From Gekko japonicus (taxonomy: Eukaryota): DNA of 64,000 nucleotides. Where the stretch lies: NCBI RefSeq assembly GCF_001447785.1, contig NW_015171513.1, positions 507,853 through 571,852 on the forward strand. Direction: 5' to 3'. The position numbers and the translations under genes were made by a program. The notes below the pieces were generated by a model. The model had not been told where the DNA came from and did not search any database. It saw only the letters and a list, made by a program, of their open reading frames with translations. Of this stretch, positions 37,542-49,309 are shown piece by piece. Numbering within the stretch: the first letter of the stretch is position 1; each line of letters opens with the position of its first letter.

Positions 37542-39405
37542 CTACTGGGTCAAATGTAGAAAGGCAACAAATTCTTCCTTGATATATACTGCAAAGGAAT
37601 CACATCAACAGTAGTTCAAACCCAATAAATTCAAGACATGATTTACAAAGGTCCACAGAAAAGTCTTCTGGATGCAGACAGCAGTGTTGAATGGTTAAAC
37701 AAAAAAAGATTTCAATAAGATGTTCCATCATAAAAGTACATGTGAAGAAATGACTATTCTACCCTCCCTCTTCTGAAAGTGCAGAAAAACTAATACCACA
37801 GATAGTCTGCATGAATAGCTGCAAATGCTAAACAAAAACTCATATGTTCTTACCCATACATGGCAATTATTTGAGCTGTTTCATGTGTACAAGAAAGAAT
37901 CTCAGGGATCTCAGCATAGCAGAGGGAGGAGGATGTGAATCATGCTTTCTCTTTTGACATATTATTTCTTATAACATATGATGCATGTGAAAAAATTCTA
38001 TATACTGGGTAAATCAATGCTTCACTGCAACACTTCTCACATTACTGTTTTCAGGCATGGTCTTGGTCCTCAGTCATGCCCACAATTAAGGCTGCGTCAG
38101 CACCAACAATTCACCCTGCATTTTTTTTTTTTGGTTGGCCCTCTTTGGCTCTGCACATTCCAATACTACCTTTTGCATACTTTCAATTGATCTGTTGTAA
38201 ACAGCAGCACTAGGACTCCTTTGGTTTGGTTTTTACCAGTGTACCGTCATAATGCCTAGAATGCAGCATCTTCCTTGTGCATCATACCTTTGGGATATAG
38301 TGCACCTGCGCTGACCCCGATCGATACTTCTTAGAAAGCGAAAGGGATTTTCGCGCCCACTCCCCAGTCACTTGCCGGCCCCACTGCGCATGACTAGGGG
38401 AGGGGCACGACAATCCCACCAGTTCTCTTCTGACCACCGCGCTGGTAGGATCTTCTCTACTTTGATCGGTAATTTTTCTGGCTTTAGGGCCTTTTCTTCT
38501 TCTCTTCAGAGTTTTTTTTGTTAAGTGAAAGGACAATATTGTTACCTGGTTTTGCTTTTTTTGGACTCTTTCGTTTTGGTCTCCCTTGCTAGACAGACCC
38601 CTATGGACAAGAGGTGGGGTTTCTTTAAACGGTGCCTGAAGTGCAGTGATAAAATCGCCCCCACCCCCTGACAGACACTCACTTTGCCTTCTGTGCCTTG
38701 GGGAATTGCACCAAGTGGACTCCTGTGCCCATTGCACGAAGTTCTCGAAGCAGACGAGAAAGAACACAGCTGCTAGACTTTGCGTTGCACTTTTGGAATT
38801 AGCTCTCTCACCGATGTCGTCATCGCAGGACACTTCAGGACACGCTTCTATGTCTACTCCCACCTCGGGATTGATGGCCACATTGTCTCTGATACTGACT
38901 CACTCCGATGTCGACCGCCTGATGTCAGTCCGAAGCCCATACTCCCACTGAAAAATTCAAGGAGGGCAAGGACGACAAGAAGCATAAGAAACCCCCCCTG
39001 TGCAAACTCCGCTGATCCCTCAGAGGGCCATGGAACCTAATCCTGGTGGGGCTGCTTCACTTGACTCCACGTGCCATGAGCAGCAACAAGGTGTACCCCT
39101 TTCACCTTCACTGCATCCTATCCAGCTCACTGACTCTTAGCATGATATGGACTTAACACAGATCTCCTGGTCTTCCAGTGTTGAAAGCCTACACTCAGAC
39201 CATTGAGCTGGCACCTTTGTGTATCCTTCACTGCTTCGATCCGACGATCGAGACTGGCCATCGGGACCGATCCATCTGCTGCTACCCCCTTGGGATCAAC
39301 GGCAATGGCAATACATGTATGGGGCCTATCCCTTTACAAGCGGCATGCCATGGTTCCTGCCCCAACCGGTGGAATGGGATCGTCAATCCACTTCCTCCTG
39401 ACTTT

Positions 39406-39739
39406 CTTGGTATCGAGACCCTCTCCCGACGCCGAAGTTTGTGAAATCCCAGCTGTTGAGACCGACAGGTAGTATAAATCTACAAAGGGGACCAGCAATT
39501 TAAAGATACAACAATAATGGAAGAAATTGCTGTTAGGTTCACACAATAGCACTGTATAGACAAAAATGAATACTTGGTATCGAGACCCTCTCCCGACGCC
39601 GAAGTTTGTGAAATCCCAGCTGTTGAGACCGACAGGTAGTATAAATCTACAAAGGGGACCAGCAATTTAAAGATACAACAATAATGGAAGAAATTGCTGT
39701 TAGGTTCACACAATAGCACTGTATAGACAAAAATGAATA
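39406..39739. repeat. Identical 167-bp tandem duplication
   Basis: 39406-39572 equals 39573-39739. Confidence 0.95.
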
Positions 39740-39815
39740 AATAAACTTGTTGAGATGACGTTCAATGATGTTTGTAATTTTTATATTTTCAGGACAAAGG
39801 ACGTCTGACACTGAA

Positions 39816-39887
39816 GATAGGTGATACGAACATCTCGAGTGGTAGTTCGTTTCGAGACACAACTATTTTTCAACCACAATTCCTATC
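39816..39887 (-). ncRNA. Extended type-I hammerhead-like motif, U3-A8 core (copy 1)
   Basis: GATAG-GAATT-GTGG-TTGAAAA-A-TAG(TTGTGT)CTC-GAAA-CGAAC(13 nt)GTTCG-TA-TCAC-CTATC. Confidence 0.6.
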
Positions 39888-39897
39888 AAAAGCAGAT

Positions 39898-40501
39898 TGC
39901 ATAGGCTTCCGGTCTGGCTCCCACGAATGGCGGACGCATCCTCGGGTCGCTCCCGAGGGCGTCTCGTCCGCCCGCGGTGGAGGAGGGAATCCGCGCGAGC
40001 AGAGACCCGAACGAGCCCCTCAGGAAGAGAGGAGCTCGGATCCGGGGCGCTTTAGGGCGTACTAGGGGGGAGTCTCTTTTTNNNNNNNNNNNNNNNNNNN
40101 NNNNNNNNNNNNNNNNNNNNNNNNNNNNNNNNNNNNNNNNNNNNNNNNNNNNNNNNNNNNNNNNNNNNNNNNNNNNNNNNNNNNNNNNNNNNNNNNNNNN
40201 NNNNNNNNNNNNNNNNNNNNNNNNNNNNNNNNNNNNNNNNNNNNNNNNNNNNNNNNNNNNNNNNNNNNNNNNNNNNNNNNNNNNNNNNNNNNNNNNNNNN
40301 NNNNNNNNNNNNNNNNNNNNNNNNNNNNNNNNNNNNNNNNNNNNNNNNNNNNNNNNNNNNNNNNNNNNNNNNNNNNNNNNNNNNNNNNNNNNNNNNNNNN
40401 NNNNNNNNNNNNNNNNNNNNNNNNNNNNNNNNNNNNNNNNNNNNNNNNNNGAAATACCTCCCCTTTTTAGGGGAGTTAATAAAGTCTTTATTTAAAAAAA
40501 A
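39898..40501 (+). mobile_element. L1-like insertion: CpG-rich 5'UTR, gap, poly-A end, 10-bp TSD
   Basis: Starts cttccgg..aatggcgg; AATAAA and A-tail follow the gap; AAAAGCAGAT at 39888-39897 and 40502-40511. Confidence 0.7.
40082..40450. other. Assembly gap
   Basis: Run of N. Confidence 1.
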
Positions 40502-40640
40502 AAAAGCAGATGGAATACAATGAGCTCCTGAACAATATACATAGGCTATGATTGAATTAATAAAGAATAAAGTTACATACAGATTCTCTGGTTGTCTTTT
40601 TGTGTACAGAGGTAGTATCAATCTTTTCCTGTATTATACA

Positions 40641-40871
40641 NNNNNNNNNNNNNNNNNNNNNNNNNNNNNNNNNNNNNNNNNNNNNNNNNNNNNNNNNNNN
40701 NNNNNNNNNNNNNNNNNNNNNNNNNNNNNNNNNNNNNNNNNNNNNNNNNNNNNNNNNNNNNNNNNNNNNNNNNNNNNNNNNNNNNNNNNNNNNNNNNNNN
40801 NNNNNNNNNNNNNNNNNNNNNNNNNNNNNNNNNNNNNNNNNNNNNNNNNNNNNNNNNNNNNNNNNNNNNNN
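40641..40871. other. Assembly gap
   Basis: Run of N. Confidence 1.
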
Positions 40872-41271
40872 CTATAGAAGACTACAGACTATAATATAAT
40901 GCTATGTAATATTAGAGAATCCACATTGTATATGTTTTGTAGTTTTGTCCTTAGCCTGATGCATCTATCAATTTGTGCTAAAGTTATATGTACTGGTAAG
41001 TTGGCCATCCTTGCATGCACAAGCAATTTACCTTGTTTGCATTTTGCACCTATTTAAGGAAATGGATGCTTGTACTCAGTAAGACTTGTTGTCCGGACTG
41101 AAAACTAGTAAGCCTGCGTGCTGTATTATAAACTTGTTAGCCTGTGTGCTGTTGGAACTGTTGTTGGTAAGTTTTGTAACATGAATGTACCATTAATAGG
41201 GATTGAGTTATGCAACTTGCTTTTGTTCTCATATCATGTTTTGTATATTACAGGAAAAGATTGATACTTTT

Positions 41272-41339
41272 GATAGGAATTGTGGTTGAAAAAGAGTTCT
41301 CGAAACGAACTACCACTCGAGATGTTCGTATCACCTATC
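41272..41339 (+). ncRNA. Extended type-I hammerhead-like motif, U3-A8 core (copy 2)
   Basis: GATAG-GAATT-GTGG-TTGAAAA-A-GAG(TT)CTC-GAAA-CGAAC(TACCACTCGAGAT)GTTCG-TA-TCAC-CTATC. Confidence 0.65.
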
Positions 41340-43019
41340 TTCAGTGTCAGATGTCCTTTGTCCTGAAAATATAGAAATTACAAACATCATTGAACGTCAT
41401 CTCAACAAGTTATTTATTCATTTTTGTTCTTTCCATTATTGTTGAGACCGACAGGTAGACCAGCTAAACCACTGCCTCTGATAGTCCCCAAGTTTAAAGA
41501 TCCATCGGAACCAATCCCATCGACACCGGTGTTGCCTATTTCTTTTTCTGAACCATCTGAGCATTCCACCTCTTATGACACCTCCTCCCATTCAGGAGAC
41601 GAGAACCCTGATCCTCCGGTGGAACCCTTGCCACCTCAGCAAGTGGGCGACGATCTCCCAATTTCTCAGTCGGGGGATCTAAAATCCTATGGGGATTTCA
41701 TCAAGCGGATGGCCAACATGCCCTCCTTCCCCTCTGCTTTTGGTCCTCTTGGGGTTTTTTGCTCTGAGACTGATGGCAGCAGTCAGAAGGAACTGGCAGG
41801 ATTGTCATGCCCCTTCCCTAGTCACACACAGTGGGGCCGGTGCGTGACTGGGGAGTGGGCACAAAAATTCCTTTTGCTTTCTAAGAAGTACTGATTGGGG
41901 TCGGCGCAGGCGCACTATATCCCAAAGGTGTGTATGCACAGATGACCACTCGGAGATCATCAGTAACAGGTAAGCAACCTGTCTTTCAACCCTCACACAC
42001 ATACACAAGACCTCACTGGATGGGCTTGGGCAAATTCTCTCTCTCTTGCTTGCTATGAAGATAAATGCAGATAAAAACAACTCGCTACTTTTTGTTTAGA
42101 CTGCATTCCTGCTGCTAGAGATTGTCCTCTAGATAATTTGTGTATCGTACCTATGAGTGCCCATTAGCAGAAGTAATCTGAACAGCTGCACCCAGGGCCG
42201 GTGCCAGGGTTTTTTTTGCACACTAGGCGAGACTACCTTCTGGCACCCCTCCCCCCGTGCACCCGCAAATTTTAAAACATAAATGCATTTTAGGAAGGCT
42301 AAAAAACTGCTTGTGCAGCTGCCCTTGTGGAGGCTGCTGTGATGGAAGGATATGGTGGGGGGGATAGGGAAGGAGGAGGAGAAGGAGGCGGGGGAGCAAG
42401 GCTGCGATCCATGTGTGGAACCGAAGAGGAGGTGGAGAAAGGGGCTCTTGTCCGCCTCTCTCTCCGGCTGCCCCAGCTTTAGGACTCACAGCCAGTGGGC
42501 ACTCCTGGCCCGGGGGTGGTGAGGGGGAAGGGAAAAAAAAGACATAAGCCACTGTAGTTGGCGCTAACTGGAGAAGCTGCCCAGGCTCCTTGGGTGGCTG
42601 CTGGCATCGAGCCGGGACTTTCCCCCTCATTGGGCAGGGCCACAGAGGACTCTCAGGGAGCCAAGCTAGCATGGTGTGTGTGTGAGACTCTCCAGCTGTG
42701 CCTACCTTCGTCTCCCGCCCACCAGGTGCCAGTGGCGCGTAAGCATCTCCTGTGTTGCTCTGCTGCTTGGCCTCAGCTTCCTTGCCCTCCTGTGATTCTT
42801 GGCGGGACTATGTTCCTCCTGCTGCTGCTGTGCCTCTGCTGCTCAGGCTGGAGCCTGCTAGCGCCCAACCAGGCACGGCGGGAGTGCTCGGCCGGCCTTG
42901 GGAGAACCAGCAGCGGAGGAGGAGGCAGGAGCCAGCCAGCGGTGGTGGGGAGGGGAGGGGCGGGCTCGGAAGCCAGCTGAAACACCGTTCTGGGGCGTTC
43001 CACCCCCAAAATAACCTTG

Positions 43020-43290
43020 ACTGTTCTCCAGTGGCAATTCTTTGGGTCTAGTCTGTGAGAAATGAGCCCAACACACAACCCCTGACGTCTGCTTCTGCCT
43101 CCAGGCCCATCAACAAGATGTCATGCTCCACTGTGTCAAAGGTAGCAGATAAATCCAATAGGAGTAACCGGGAGTCCTGATATTTGTTTACATTTAGGTG
43201 GAGGTCATCAACTACAGCCAGCAGAGCAATCTCTACCTCATAGCCTGGTCTGAAACCAGACTGAGGGTCTAGGACAGATGAATTATCCCC
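43020..43290 (-). mobile_element. L2 RT fragment (continuation of 35870-37013)
   Basis: QSGFRPGY..IALLAVVDDL..LLLLDLSATFDTVEH. Confidence 0.85.
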
Positions 43291-44818
43291 CTCCTAGTCT
43301 ATTTATTTTATTTATGGTTTATTTAAAATATTTGTTAGCTGCCTTTCTACCTTGCGGGACTCAAGGTGGCTTACAGTGTAAATCAGTGGTACTCAAAGTG
43401 GGAGGTAGTGCCCCCCTGCCTACATGCTAGCAAATGGCACTCCAAATTTCTGCCTCTGCATAACACTGAAACTTGGTGGAAACTATCCGCATTTTTAATA
43501 AATACACCACCAGAGCTCTAGTCAGAAAAGTATACTGCATTTTGAGAAGCATTTTGAGAAGCTATTGTCACTATGTATGTTTTTGTCTCTGTAATTTTGT
43601 TCACATTTTGGCTTGTAAGTTCTTATAATAGTGTGGGGTGTGGTATTTATTTTCTTGGTTACTGAACCTGTTGATTATGAAGAACACTTTTTAGCTATAC
43701 ATGTGTTACTTTTTGTTGCAGCCTGCCCAATATTAATATTTATAGGTTCCTCCTACAAATTGCTCCTCCTTTCTTGAATTTCTTTCTCTAGCATTGGTTT
43801 AAGAATTTGTATTTTGCCAAAGTAACATGTAATTCTTATGTACCTGACCCATAGCTTTACTTGAATCTTCACTAACGTTTAGGCATAATTCAGTCACTTT
43901 TTCTGTTGTCACTTGTGGATGAACAGGAAGCAAATATATCAAATAAATCACAAATTCAAGTCTTCATAATTTCAGAATCTAGATATAAGTTTGAGTGTCA
44001 AGCTATCTTTGGAGAGCTTGGCCTTCTATTTCAAAGACACAAAAAGGGACAAAAGAAGTCATTGTTTATCTACAGATTTTAAAACACTTGATACAGTATA
44101 GATATGCACACAATAAAGAAATAGATTTCCCTTCTGCTCCTTAGCAAAGAGAAGATTCCAAGAGTAAAAGTGGAAGAAATTGACTGTTACTTAATCCTCA
44201 AAGTAGTATGAAGATGAAATGTCAACACTAAAGGAAACCTTAATAAAGTATTCTTCATTCAGTGATTAGAGTCTTTGAACAACTCAGTTCCTTCATTGCT
44301 AATTGTACTAAGGTTTATTTACAAAGTAAATAAAAAAGAAACTGTTGATGTATTCAAAAATTGAATTACTAGAATTCTATATCTACACTTAAATTGGGTG
44401 ATTTCCAAAATATTTAATTTAACTGTCTTGCCATATTAAAATGTAGAAGATTAATGAAACACTTAAAAATATAGTAGGACCATTGACTGCATTTTTCAGT
44501 GAAATCTTCAAGATCTAGTTATTAATGTGTTGAACACTAACTCTTGGGGTATATTATTTCTTGACTGTATTTTTAAGCAAAATAAATTTACTTCAATAAA
44601 GTGTGAAGTATTCCTTGAAGAAGAGTTAGTGGACAAAAAATGAACAGAGTGCAAATGAACATTTTTCAGAGCCATGGCCAAATTTGTTTGCTGTGACAAA
44701 AATGAGACAGTCGTAGCACCTTAAAGACTACTGGATGTATTTTATTTATTTATTTGCAAAATTTATATTCTGCCTTTCTTCTCTCACAAGAGCCACCAAG
44801 GCAGCTAACAAATTATAA

Positions 44819-45090
44819 CAGGGGTCCCCAACGTGTTTCCTGTGGGCACTGTGATGCCCTCTAACACCTTTTCTAGCACCCACCAAGTGTTTTTAGAAAA
44901 CGGGCGGATCCAGGTGAGGCTTTCACCCAGCAAGGCTTCTGATTTGCCATTGGAGATTTGATTGGCTGTGCAGATTTTAAAAAAAACACATTGGTTTGGC
45001 AGCAGCTGCCACCACAGCACAATGATCTAACTGTGTGATTGAATGTAAGCTGCAGCAGCCATTTTATCGCTGACTCTGATTCCTATGGCA
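44819..45090 (+). mobile_element. hAT-like MITE fragment
   Basis: caggggtccccaac terminus. Confidence 0.5.
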
Positions 45091-45094
45091 GGTC

Positions 45095-45290
45095 AACACC
45101 AGTGTCTTGAATTGTGCCTGGAAGCAAACTGGGAGCCAGTTTAGTTGGACCAAGACTGGAGTAATATACAACCCACTCCAGTCAACATTCTGGCTACAGC
45201 ATTCGTTACCAGTTGATAATTCTGAACACTTCTCTCAAGTGTTGCCCCATGTACAGCATATTGTAGTAATAATGGCACAAGCCTTTGTGA
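45095..45290 (-). mobile_element. L2 fragment
   Basis: Degenerate L2 ORF2 C-terminal sequence. Confidence 0.5.
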
Positions 45291-45869
45291 GCTGGAGTGT
45301 ACTCTGATTAAACTCCCTCTGCATTTGGCAATGTGGACTCTGGCTCAGAATGCCACATTGCATTTGTTAGTCTTTAAGATGCCACAAGACCTTTGTTGCA
45401 AACGGACTTTTAAAGCCTTCATATATTTTTGTGTTTTCTCAAACTGAAAAAAATAACATAAATTGCCAAATATATATTATTTAGCAATTTTGTTTTCAGC
45501 AGACACTGATGGAGAGAAAATGCCCAAAGTACCTCCTGTCTTTTAAGTCAATATGAGGTTTTTGTGGAATATTTTGTAGTTTACAGGGCTTAGGGGTGTC
45601 TGAGAGAGATTGTATTTCAAGTTGAACTCATGCCAGAACAATCTGATGAACTCCAGTACTGGGAATGCTTGTTTCTAGAATGAACACTTGCCAACCCTAT
45701 TTTCCAAAATTGAAAATGAAATGCACACTGTAAGGGTAGAAGCCCTGTTCTTCATTGCAGTACGACAATATCATCTGATTTTTTGTTTGGATGTTTTTTG
45801 GTAAATAAGGATCCAAGTCATCCATATCTTTTTACATACAATGGGAAATAACATGATATTATAAGAACA

Positions 45870-46229
45870 CAAGTGGGAACCCACAAGAAACGTGCAGGAG
45901 TGGCTATCCCATTCCCCCCACCTCTACTTCTTCCCCTCTCCCCCTACTTCTCTCACACTCTTTCTCCTTCCTGACACCCCTTTTCTTACTCTCACTCTCT
46001 CCCCTCCATGTTTGTCNNNNNNNNNNNNNCACTCTTTCTGCCCCTGGCACTCTCCCGGCCTCCTACTTACTTCCTCTCCCTCCATAGCAGCAGTGGCAGC
46101 AGCTGCTCTCCAGGAATCACAATGGATTGCCCAAATACAGAAATCAGTTCCTCTTAGGGTTGGCAGCTCCTTATCTGCAGAAATAAGTATCCACATGCAG
46201 AGTGGACTGTTGGGAATTAGATATATAGA
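45870..46229 (-). mobile_element. Older Helitron-like copy of the 21670-22426 family (includes a 13-N gap)
   Basis: caagtgggaacccacaagaaacgtgc ... attagatatataga|t. Confidence 0.65.
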
Positions 46230-46512
46230 TAAGATATAGCTATATATATAGATATATGGATAAGAACCCTGCTGGTCCAGACCAGTGGTCCATCTCGTCC
46301 AGCAGCCGGTCACACAGTAGCCATCCAGTTCCTCTGGTTGTAATTGTAGCATACCCTTTGATGTTTCCCTGCATACCTTGCAACACCTTTTATTTTCAAA
46401 ACAAGGATCACTGCCTGACATTCCTGTTATTACAGATTGCTGAAGTCTCTTTTCTGCTGGCTCTGTAAGTTTTCTTTGATTTAAAACCCTGCACAGTGTT
46501 TCTCTTTTGATT

Positions 46513-46790
46513 AGAAGAAGAGATTTGATTTATACCCCAACCTTCACTACCCGAAGGAGTCTCAGAGCGGTTTACGAACTCCTTTCCCTTCCCCTCCCCA
46601 CAACAGATACCCTGTGAGGTAAGTGGGGCCGAGAGAGCTCTGACAGAAACTGCTCTTTTGCAAGAACAGCTGTGCCAGAACTATGGCTTGTCCAAGGTCA
46701 TCCATCAGGTGCAAGTGGAGGAGTGGGGAATCAAACCCTGTTCTCACAGATTAGAGTCCACGCACTTAACCACTACACCAAACTGGCTCT
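46513..46790 (-). mobile_element. Squam3-type SINE
   Basis: Family match. Confidence 0.9.
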
Positions 46791-47156
46791 TTGTAGAATA
46801 CATTGGAGGGGGGGGATCTAAGATGCCTTATTCCCCATGCTGCAGACAGTTGCTACAGCTGCTGTGGTATATTTTGAATTCTTAATACACAGCAGGTGCA
46901 GTGTCTGAGATGGAGGGTGTGATGAGATAGGTCTCTCCAGCCATTATTTCTGCACCATAGGGAATGAGGAAGTTATTGAGGCTCCTTAGGCCCTGGATCC
47001 CCCAAAAGTTCATCTTCTTTCCCTCCCCATTTTTCTAAGGGTACATCACCACAATCAGCAGGTCAATTCTCAGAGGATCTGCATCTGGACTCCTCTTTCC
47101 TTTAGCCTCTCAAAAACTCTTAGCACTAATTTGGATCTCCCTTTCCAAATTGCTAC

Positions 47157-47565
47157 AGAATCATGGAATCACAGAGTTGGAAGGGGCCATATAGGCCATC
47201 TAGTCCAACCCCCTGCTCAATGCAGGATCATCCTAGATTATCCCTGACAAGAGTTTGTCCAGCCACTGCTTAAAGATGGCCAGTGAGGAGGTGCTCATCA
47301 CCTCCGTAGGCAGCTGATTCCACTGTTGAACAACTCTTAGGGCACAAACGTTTTTCCTAATATCCAGCTGGTACCTCCCCCCCTTAATTTAAACCCATTA
47401 TGGCAAATCCTATCCTCTGCTGCCAACAGGAACAGCTCCCTGTCCTCCTCTAAGTGACAGCCCTTCAAATACTTAAAGAGTGCAATTATGTCCCCCCTCA
47501 ACCTCCTCTTCTCCAGACTAAACATTCCAAAGTCCCTCAATCTTTCCTCATAGGGCTTGGTCTCC
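47157..47565 (-). mobile_element. CR1 LINE 3' end
   Basis: YEERLRDFGMFSLEKRRLRGDIIALFKYLKG; tail of degenerate (ATTCTRTG)-type octamers. Confidence 0.92.
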
Positions 47566-48129
47566 TCATAGGGGACCAAAATCTTTTATATGAGCTATCT
47601 AGGTGAGTAACAGCTCCCTCACCACATTGCTGATAATTGTGGACTGAACAGGATAAACATGATTTTTAGAGATTTGATCCATTGCATTTAAAATGAAAAA
47701 TAAAATCATATGAAAATTAAAAGCACACACTGTATAAGCAAATACATCAACCCAAGCAAGAGTAAAAGAAATTGAAGTAAGCACCCATCCTTTCCCCTTG
47801 GTACTAAGTCAATGTGGCCTAATAACATTTATTGGCCTCCTCCTTTTTATTATTTTAATACCAAAAAAGAAAACTAATTTATATTTTTATTGAAGTTACG
47901 TATATATTTTAAATGTTCTTTTTAAAAATTCTGAGATATTTTAATGTTTGATGTTTACCATTGTGGGGGCCCTATTGGAATCAAAAGTGGCATAGAAATA
48001 TTTTAAATAAACATATAAGAGAAAAGCTACCAGATCTTTAAGTTGTATTAATCCCTTGTTTTCTCAGGGCCATGTGCTCACCGCTGGTCCTTTCCCCCTG
48101 CTATACGTGTGTGTAAAAATGGTTGATGT

Positions 48130-48430
48130 GATTACATGGATTACTGCAACACATTCTAAGTGGGGCTAGCCTTGAAGACAACCTGGAAATTACAACTGGC
48201 CCACAGTGCAGCAGCCTGACTGCTGTCAGGGTCCGGCCACTGTGAACATACATTGTCCAGTCTGTTTCTAAGTCAAGGTGTTGGTTATGACCCTTAAAGT
48301 CTTTTATATCCTAGGACCCACATATTTGAAGAACTGTTTCCTTCCATATGTCCCCATTCACCAACTATGGTCATCAGGCTATCTGTTGGCTGTCCAACCA
48401 CCTAGGATGGCCTGTATTTCATTTATCAGG
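48130..48430 (+). mobile_element. Old L2 fragment
   Basis: WKLQLAHSAAA.LL..LGPTYLKN. Confidence 0.6.
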
Positions 48431-49184
48431 GGTTTTCCTCAGGCCCATAGCCAGACAATTTTTATTGGGGGGAATGAGTACAATTTATTTAGCAATTTTC
48501 TACCGGAGACATAAGGTGGATTACATGGCATAAAACAATGTAATCAAATAGCATGAGAGACCTAATAAGGAATAATCTCCCAGAATTACAAGTGATCACC
48601 AGACTAGAGAGATCACTGCCCCTGGAGAAAATGGCTACTTCAGAGGATAGACTCTTATGGCATTATACCTGATCAATGTCCCTCCCTCACCTTCCCCCAA
48701 ATCTCCAGGAATTTCCCAACACGTAGTTGCCAACCCTAGCAAGCATGTGCAGACATGCTGTTTTACCTTCACAGCTGCAGCCTGCTGGGCAAGCAGGGGG
48801 TGGATGCTTTTTTTTGCCTCATGCAGATGGGAAGGGAAGCTGGGGACGCTCCCCTCTACAGATACAGAGGGTGATTCCTCCCTCGCTGAGCTCAGTTAAA
48901 AGAGAAGGCAAAATTATTGCCAGCACTAATTCATTATCACCATTTTACAGTGATTTTAAAATGCTGTGATGCCTGGATACACTGTGGGTTTGTGGTGCAG
49001 AGCTCCTTCCCCCCATATCCCAAATATTTTCAAGGGCCAAAGCAACTGCATGGTGATGTAAAATGGTCACGAGTCCACTTGTGAAAGGCAGAATATAGAG
49101 GTTGCTGCTGCTGATACCTACCTCTTCTGATTCCAACCACCTTTGAACACTCCCCACCTTGGCTAAAATAGAGTCCCTCCCCAG

Positions 49185-49304
49185 CTTCTGTCAGAACTAT
49201 GGCTTGCTCAAGGTCATCCAGCAGCTGCAGGTGGAGAAGTGGGGAATCAAACCTGGTCCTTCCAGACTAGAGTCTGTGCGCTTAACCACTACACCAAACT
49301 GGCT
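49185..49304 (-). mobile_element. Squam3-type SINE 5' half
   Basis: Family match. Confidence 0.8.
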
Positions 49305-49309
49305 ATTAA

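Larger units (their letters stand above)
39473..41444. mobile_element. Inverted-repeat element with a long TSD, probable PLE of an unrecognised family
   Basis: 39728-39892 is the reverse complement of 41267-41427. TGTTGAGACCGACAGGTAG flanks both sides (39454-39472 and 41440-41458). A hammerhead-like fold lies in the repeat. Confidence 0.75.
38270..41987 (+). mobile_element. DIRS retrotransposon, internally deleted
   Basis: Inverted terminal repeats at about 38275-38435 and 41775-41940. A frameshifted gag-like N-terminal zinc finger starts at 38603 (FKRCLKC..DRHSLCLLCLGELH..CAHC). No RT, RNase H or tyrosine recombinase remains. Confidence 0.85.
37014..43019. mobile_element. hAT-type non-autonomous DNA transposon (~6 kb including nested inserts), 8-bp TSD
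   Basis: ACTGTTCT at 37006-37013 and 43020-43027; termini cagggctctttt / aaaataaccttg; the L2 continues on both sides. Confidence 0.8.

Noticed and set aside
31413-40899. ORFs containing X runs
   Set aside because: Artefacts of N gaps.
42223-43078. GC-rich ORFs or promoter
   Set aside because: They lie inside the TSD-bounded hAT element and give low-complexity translations.
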